DNA of 64,000 nt from Bispira polyomma (taxonomy: Eukaryota), in the NCBI GenBank assembly GCA_965649765.1, contig OZ287755.1, forward strand, positions 27,280,001 through 27,344,000, in the 5' to 3' direction. Below the pieces are notes generated by a model. That model had not been told where the DNA came from. It searched no databases and saw only the letters and a list, made by a program, of their open reading frames with translations. Both the position numbers and the translations under genes were made by a program. This document shows positions 62,341 through 64,000 of this stretch, piece after piece. How positions within the stretch are numbered: position 1 is the first letter of the stretch; the number at the start of each line of letters is the position of its first letter.

Positions 62341-62474
62341 ATAATTCTGAGAAGATTAGAAAATGTTATCATAATATAATGTGGAAAAAAAACTTAATTT
62401 ACCTTGATTAATTTTGACATTCGTTTATTTGATGTACAATAAGTGTCTAATATTGTTGTTCTTGTCATCTTCAG

Positions 62475-62561
62475 GACAATGTGAAATTGGAAGTAACAAC
62501 ATATACTCTGATACTTGCGACCTTTTCGTGGGGCAGAGCACATATAGGTGTTATGTAGTAA
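62475..62561 (+). other. Candidate isolated Cys-containing exon of a plus-strand gene (GQCEIGSNNIYSDTCDLFVGQSTYRCYVV)
   Basis: Pyrimidine tract + ttcag acceptor, A|gtaagc donor, 87 nt phase 1-1 open frame; no partner exons established. Confidence 0.3.
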
Positions 62562-62642
62562 GTAAGCATGTTACAAAAAATGTTTCAAAATACACCTGGT
62601 TCTAAACACTAATATAATACATCTATAGCCAAACCATGGGAA

Positions 62643-62897
62643 TTTTTTTTTTTTTTTTGAATTGGGATATTTAACTCTAGTACCTGCTTTAGGTGATATT
62701 GGGATGGGTAGTTGGAAGCACTGGAGCAAACACTACATACAGTTGATCAAGGTTCTGCACTGAAACCAGCGGCCCACAGTAAGAAACTACCACGTTTTCC
62801 ACATGGGCATTGAGGGATGTCAAACTCACGCCGCCCAGAGGTGAGAGACCCGTAATTGTGAAGTGCAATGCTTGCTAACCACTAGGCCACCGCGGCC
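62643..62897 (-). mobile_element. Full-length tRNA-derived SINE (same family)
   Basis: Reverse complement of 59147-59400 including head and poly(A). Confidence 0.9.
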
Positions 62898-64000
62898 CCA
62901 CCATGATGGGGAAGATTGTTCGGATAATTAGATAGCCATTGTGTCACTCCTAGCTCAACACATAACAGATTCTGAACAGAGAAAGGATTTGAAATAAAAA
63001 TAGGGAAATCAACCAATACCATTAAAATAAAGTGAGATTGATGAGACAAGCTTTTGACATAGTAGTCGGCTATCATACAACCAAGAAGTGAGGTGGCAAC
63101 ATGCTGGTAATAAAGTTAAGCACTCTCATTGATCACCACATGCTCTAAAGTGTACAGAACTGGTGAAAATCAATCATTGATCAACCATTTAACATTTGAA
63201 ATTCCAGGATATTCTGATTAATGATATAATGTTATACTGTCTAGTGTATTTTAGTTCTGTTTATCACATACATACATCATTAGCAATAGGTATATACATG
63301 TTTTCACTCACTTTTGATAAGTTCATTTGCTTCGATTCTATTTGTTACTTTGTCCAACTGTTCCCAAAAATCGGCAGCCAATCAATGATTGTTGTAAAAA
63401 AAACAATTATACACCTACGTTAAAATGAAAAACTCGGGAGTAGATCATTTATATCCCAGACAAATTTAGTGCTGTATTGCATGTTTTATAACACAATGTC
63501 TATCATCTACCTAGTCCATTAATCACACTGGCACTCCCTGTTTTAAAGCAAGGAATGCATCATTTAATTACATTTAATTTTCCTGACCATTTATATACCA
63601 TCTCGAATTTGTGAGGGACAGCAAAACAGATTTAAACTGAAAGAATAAGTCTAGTTTGGCACACTTTTCAAACAAGTTGTAAGTGGTTACTTATGTTTTC
63701 CACATATTTGTCATGATTTCAATCAATCTGCAGTAACTTTTTGCCTTTGGCTGATTTATGAAAGGAAACTTATTTAATTTAGTTTAATTTTTTTTTCTGG
63801 AACAAACATAAAGTATCCACAATATGCCTATCACAAAACCATAACATAGCTTCTGACTATCATTCTGTTTATACTAATACTATCAATTGTTCTTGAAAAA
63901 TGTATGGTGAAGCAAATTTTCCTGAAAGTATTTTTGAGGGCTGTGTAATTATAACAAAGTTCTGACAACCAATTGTCCTGGACTATAAAATCTATCTCTT

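Overview
AT-rich, repeat-dense eukaryotic (animal) genomic DNA, most likely a marine invertebrate; a lophotrochozoan/mollusc origin is my inference from the repeat families. The dominant feature is a minus-strand gene that the ORF track shows only in fragments. I reconstructed it by hand as 18 coding exons from 56109 down to 20635, all with GT-AG introns and compatible phases. It encodes a ~754-aa secreted protein made only of a signal peptide and 14 thrombospondin type-1 repeats (TSRs). The gene is growing by tandem exon duplication: three duplication events, one dead exon and one visible crossover point. Its cysteine bookkeeping (first and last repeat 7 Cys, internal repeats 6 or 8) suggests each repeat is disulfide-linked to the next. 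Two of its 3' splice sites appear to be built from terminal units of minisatellite arrays. Introns and flanks hold two PIF/Harbinger transposons plus related MITEs, a pogo-like transposase relic, a Polinton/Maverick-type DNA polymerase relic, a 4.4-kb long-inverted-repeat element with an Academ-like ORF relic, many CR1/L2 and L1/Tx1 LINE fragments, three copies of a tRNA-derived SINE, Helentron-like elements and several satellites.
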